From contig OZ244960.1 of NCBI GenBank assembly GCA_965222605.1, positions 96,001-160,000 of the forward strand: a stretch of DNA of 64,000 nt, read 5' to 3'. The position numbers and the translations under genes were made by a program. Under the pieces are notes generated by a model. The model ran no database searches and had not been told where the DNA came from. It saw only the letters and a program-made list of their open reading frames with translations. Positions 60,305 through 64,000 of the stretch are shown one piece after another. How positions within the stretch are numbered: position 1 is the stretch's first letter; each line of letters starts with the position of its first letter. The DNA comes from Candidatus Latescibacterota bacterium (lineage in GTDB: Bacteria; Latescibacterota; UBA2968).

Positions 60305-60363
60305 GAGAAACGCCTCCTGTATGGGTTGGAATTGAAAATTTTGATCTCGTGCCCTTCATATAG

Positions 60364-60379
60364 TGCAAGAACCGTGCCA
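60364..60379 (-). promoter_or_regulatory. Sigma54 -24/-12 promoter of the recombinase operon
   Basis: Minus strand TGGCACG-GTTC-TTGCA, full consensus; AGGAGG RBS downstream. Confidence 0.85.
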
Positions 60380-60454
60380 AAATTTTCAAAAATGCCGTAA
60401 CTGCTTGCAGGAGAGCGTGTTTTTAAAAAATGCCGGAAAAATGGCCTGTGGGGA

Positions 60455-60537
60455 ACTGTGTCAAATGACACAGTAGGTGTTTCAAATGAAACAGTAAGTG
60501 TGTCATATGACACAGTTGGGACTATAATGAAACAGGG
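60455..60537. promoter_or_regulatory. Four 21-bp-phased palindromic sites (probable bEBP enhancer)
   Basis: ACTGTGTCAAATGACACAGT, GGTGTTTCAAATGAAACAGT, AGTGTGTCATATGACACAGT, GGGACTATAATGAAACAGGG starting at 60455, 60476, 60497, 60518. Confidence 0.75.
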
Positions 60538-60559
60538 GGATTACAGAGGGAAATCACAC

Positions 60560-60590
60560 AAAAAATGCCCTGAAGAATACAGGGCATTTT
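60560..60590 (-). terminator. Intrinsic terminator insulating the recombinase promoter
   Basis: AAAATGCCCTG-loop-CAGGGCATTTT with U-run on the minus strand. Confidence 0.75.
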
Positions 60591-60663
60591 GAAAGGTATT
60601 TGGAGCATACCATACAACGGGCTGTCATCATCGGTCCTGCGGACATTGTTTGCGTTTTGCCAT

Positions 60664-63171
60664 TCAATTTCCCCTCCCGATCTGTGCTCTGGTCGCCACG
60701 GCTTTTACGGCTTCTATGCCCAGGCGGTCTTCGAGTTGTTTCAAGTACAAACTGCGCGGAGAGACCTTCAGCCCGTGTGATTCCCAATATCCATCTTCGC
60801 GCCTGTACCAGCCGTCTCGTTTCTCGCCGATGCAGCCAATGGCGTAATTCTGAGATGTTGGGGGTTTTTGCACGATAAAGCTCTCTGCTTCGCAGTTCCA
60901 CAATACTTTTTGCGCGCCCGCCCAACCGTGGCCAGTGCCCGAACCTTGCCGATCCTGAACATTGATGGCATTACCGTTCACGGTCACATTGTCAAATAGG
61001 GTGCAAACAGACCACCGGTGATGGGGGCCTGAATCATTATGCGCGATATCCGCCGTGCAATCCAAAAACACATTTGGCCCCGGTACGCGTGCGTGTAGCA
61101 CATAATCGTGACGCCCTCGCCGGGTATAACACCGTTGCACGAGGGACAATTGCCCGTGGATGGGAAATGAATATCGCCGTCCCCCGGTGATCTCTGATAC
61201 GGGGTCGAGACACTGGCTATCCTGCACGGTCATCCATTTCGCGTAACGGCCAATGGTCACACATGCATATCCAAAGTGTACCGAGGTGATATCGCGCGCC
61301 CACGCATTCTGCACGCGTGAAAATACGACAAAGTTCCAGGCGTGATCTTCATCGATAAACTCATCCTCCCTACTTTCATCTTTTTCGCTGACATCAAACT
61401 CCGATACGCCGTGCAAGTTCTCAATGCCGACCTGTTCAATGCGCCCGAGATATTCGTATTTGTAAACCCACCCACCGCCGTATTCTCGTTCAAATGCATT
61501 GCCCATGGGCGCGTCGATTGTTATTCGATTACCATCTATGGCAGTTATGGTGCGGTCAAAGCGAAAGTCGTAAGTGCCCGGTTCCCACTGCCGAACGTCG
61601 GGATGTGACATCTCAATGCGATCCATCCCTATTGCCGCAATCCACTGTGCCGTACTGGGTCGATGCACGATGATGTCATCGCCAACTGCAAAACCCGAAG
61701 CATCTGCGATGGCGAATGTTCTTGTGCCTACGGGGACATAATCATCTACAATGGCCTGTCGCGTTCCCCCTACCTCTCGGGGGCTATCTTCGCCTTCAAA
61801 CTCAATTAATGTGCGCTGTTCTGTTCCCGTTGCAATCAATACCGTGCCGTTTTCACCTTCGCCTTCACCGCGCAGTACAACGCCACTTGCCCGAATCTGC
61901 AGGGTTCCGCCAATGCGATATTTTCCGCGCTTGAGTAACAAGGTCCCCCGAAATCCATTGGCGTCCAGTGCGCGTGCAGATACGTCGTCGATTGCCGCTT
62001 GTAATCGCGCTGTGTCGTCTCCTTCGGCCTGTGGCTGTACCGTCATTGCCACTGGCACATCTGGCAGAGCCACACCACCACCCATATAGCCACAGTGTGA
62101 AAAGTCTGGAATGATATTGCCCTTTTCGTCTGGTACATAGACCAGTCGCCCGTCAGGTCCCGGATATACCAGTTTACTGTTCTGAGGTACGTAAGATATC
62201 GAACTGCTCCGCGTTTGGATAAAATCTGCAACTTGCGCCCAAATTGGGATGGGATATATGGAGGGGTCGCGTGAGGCGATAATATCCCGAGGAATTGGCA
62301 CGCGAATCCGGGTTGTTCCCGCCTCAATCGTCTGTGTCAATAAAATCTGCGTTTCGGTTCCCACCACAATGTTTAATGGTTGTGTGGTGGCGTTTTCCAA
62401 TGTGATGGGTATGTACCACTGCGTGCCGCCAGATCCGAATCCAGCAGCGAAGGTGAGAAAATCACCAAAACCGATTTGTCCGTCAGAATCGAGGTCGCAG
62501 AGGGGATCATATCCCGCATCGGCCTGTGTTGCACCGAATTTCTGAACAAAGAGGATAAAATCACTAAAACCAACGGCTCCGTTGCCATCAAAATCGAGAT
62601 GGTCAATGGAATTTATTTCCTGTACTGGCGCGTCAACTTGCCAGAAAAAGGTCTGATCGACGGTTGCGATATGATCGATGAACAGGCGCGCGTTTGAATT
62701 TTGACTGGTTTCTGTTCTAAATGTGATGTATCGCCTGTTGTAATCGGGTTCTCTGCCCCAGATATCGTGGGGTTTTGCCAGTTCTACAACGGCAAGTTGC
62801 CAGCCCTGAGGCGGTGTTTGTCCCTCCCAGATTGTATATATGGCTTCCCTACCACCGCCCAGAGGGTGGTTGCGAACCTTGATTTTGAGGTCCCTCAGGC
62901 CATTGCCCTCTACTTTCCACCAGAAGCTCAAGCTGTGTCTTTGGGAGATGTCCTGCCCCGTGCTGAAAAAATCGTAGGTAAAGAATCCCGTTTGACCTGC
63001 TGGCAGAGAAGCCGCGATGGCAAAGCGACCCTCCTGGGCATCTTTGGATAACTGGACATTGTTGGACCAACCGGAGAGATTATCGCAATAGGTCAGCGTT
63101 TGCACCGGATCGCTAGCAGAGCAAGGACAGGCCCACAAAAATAGAATTGTGCAGGTGATAATTGGTCGCAT
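60664..63171 (-). CDS. Secreted modular protein: CBM-like domain, dockerin/EF-hand-like repeat, pectin-lyase-fold beta-helix
   Basis: Signal peptide; DFDGNGAVGFSDF / DLDSDGQIGFGDF; IPDFSHCGY.GG, DDTARLQAAID, SGVVLRGEG, PRSLY..QL. Confidence 0.8.
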   Translation of the reverse strand: MRPIITCTILFLWACPCSASDPVQTLTYCDNLSGWSNNVQLSKDAQEGRFAIAASLPAGQTGFFTYDFFSTGQDISQRHSLSFWWKVEGNGLRDLKIKVRNHPLGGGREAIYTIWEGQTPPQGWQLAVVELAKPHDIWGREPDYNRRYITFRTETSQNSNARLFIDHIATVDQTFFWQVDAPVQEINSIDHLDFDGNGAVGFSDFILFVQKFGATQADAGYDPLCDLDSDGQIGFGDFLTFAAGFGSGGTQWYIPITLENATTQPLNIVVGTETQILLTQTIEAGTTRIRVPIPRDIIASRDPSIYPIPIWAQVADFIQTRSSSISYVPQNSKLVYPGPDGRLVYVPDEKGNIIPDFSHCGYMGGGVALPDVPVAMTVQPQAEGDDTARLQAAIDDVSARALDANGFRGTLLLKRGKYRIGGTLQIRASGVVLRGEGEGENGTVLIATGTEQRTLIEFEGEDSPREVGGTRQAIVDDYVPVGTRTFAIADASGFAVGDDIIVHRPSTAQWIAAIGMDRIEMSHPDVRQWEPGTYDFRFDRTITAIDGNRITIDAPMGNAFEREYGGGWVYKYEYLGRIEQVGIENLHGVSEFDVSEKDESREDEFIDEDHAWNFVVFSRVQNAWARDITSVHFGYACVTIGRYAKWMTVQDSQCLDPVSEITGGRRYSFPIHGQLSLVQRCYTRRGRHDYVLHARVPGPNVFLDCTADIAHNDSGPHHRWSVCTLFDNVTVNGNAINVQDRQGSGTGHGWAGAQKVLWNCEAESFIVQKPPTSQNYAIGCIGEKRDGWYRREDGYWESHGLKVSPRSLYLKQLEDRLGIEAVKAVATRAQIGRGN

Positions 63172-63209
63172 TGTAATTTTTCCTGACCGCTGACCGCTTG
63201 TTTCTATTC

Positions 63210-64000
63210 TCACGCACAGACAACCTCAAAGGCCGTTATATTGCGGGTATCCTTGCTGAACTCTACCCCGATCAAATATATCGGCTGATCCAGACCCCGA
63301 TATTTGTCCGCGTATCCCTTTTCCTGCAACTGCGCCATCGCCGCGCCTTCAGACGCCAGTTCCACCACCTTGAACTCGAACAGGTAGATGTTATCGTTGA
63401 AGTACACAGCCATATCCACACGCCCATGGCTGCTGTCCTCTACGGTGATGTCAAGCCCCAGTGCTGCGAAATAGGAATAGAACACACTGGCATAGTAGCC
63501 TTCAAAACTGGCGATGTCGTTGTTGGTGTACCATTCGTAGGGGATACTGGCAAAAAAGGCGTGGAATAAGGTCTCGAGACCGGCAAAGTCATTGGCTTTT
63601 AGCAGGCGGTAGAGTTGGAGGCTGTTCGCTATCTGGCCGGACGGGTCTTTCACTAGGTAGCGCAATAGGCTCTCGTTGAGACTTTGACGCACTTCCCGAT
63701 TGGGATAACTTAGACGGTACAGGGACTTGCCGCCGAGGTTCTCCTCACCGGTAATGGTCAGATACCCGGTTTGAAACAACAGAGCCTCGGTCGCAATTTC
63801 ATCCACATCGAAAGTCGATAGCAAATCGCTACTGCCGATCATCTCATCGAGTTTCAAGGAACTGACACGGCGTTGAAACAGGGTCTCAATGAGGAAGGTG
63901 GGGGTACCCGTCTCGAACCAATAGGCTTCGAAGCTATGCCTTCGGAACAGCAGGAGGATATCGAAGGGGTTATAGACCTTCTCCTCGCCCCGCCAGCTAT
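63210..64000 (-). CDS. AAA-ATPase-like / PD-(D/E)XK nuclease protein (5'-truncated by window edge)
   Basis: YNPFDIL, YWFETGTP, LLFQTGYLTI, EGYY, GRVD...FEFK, Q..EKGYA. Confidence 0.88.
   Translation of the reverse strand, partial: SWRGEEKVYNPFDILLLFRRHSFEAYWFETGTPTFLIETLFQRRVSSLKLDEMIGSSDLLSTFDVDEIATEALLFQTGYLTITGEENLGGKSLYRLSYPNREVRQSLNESLLRYLVKDPSGQIANSLQLYRLLKANDFAGLETLFHAFFASIPYEWYTNNDIASFEGYYASVFYSYFAALGLDITVEDSSHGRVDMAVYFNDNIYLFEFKVVELASEGAAMAQLQEKGYADKYRGLDQPIYLIGVEFSKDTRNITAFEVVCA

Noticed and set aside
60455-60537. CRISPR array or iteron origin
   Set aside because: The repeats abut with 1-bp gaps, are palindromic, have no spacers and no cas or rep genes nearby; their position fits sigma54 enhancer sites.

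Overview
Bacterial chromosomal window of about 50% GC with about 60 CDS and one tRNA-Phe(GAA). The gene repertoire (Gfo/Idh/MocA, PhyH dioxygenases, heparinase II/III, DUF6785/OPT-like transporters, dockerin-like DFDGNG..GFxDF domain, futalosine pathway, many TA modules) suggests a Latescibacterota/Gemmatimonadota-like, possibly sponge-associated organism; this is inference only. Highlights: (1) next to tRNA-Phe, an operon led by a tyrosine recombinase catalytic domain fused to a P-loop ATPase and two C-terminal TM helices, followed by a YdjM-type hydrolase and an orphan membrane-fusion protein. It sits behind a consensus sigma54 promoter with four 21-bp-phased palindromic enhancer-like sites. 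(2) A second sigma54 promoter with upstream palindromes drives a probable ~145-nt four-hairpin sRNA. (3) A dsrM-dsrK-cysteine desulfurase-dsrC cluster with no dsrAB in the window. (4) A UxxC selenoprotein that the ORF track splits in two. (5) An uncharacterised DUF6785 / M28-FtsX / OPT-like membrane system carrying an apparently circularly permuted Fn3-like insert. (6) Repeated toxin loss with antitoxin retention, and two ATPase+partner defence-like pairs. All calls come from motif reading; no searches were run.
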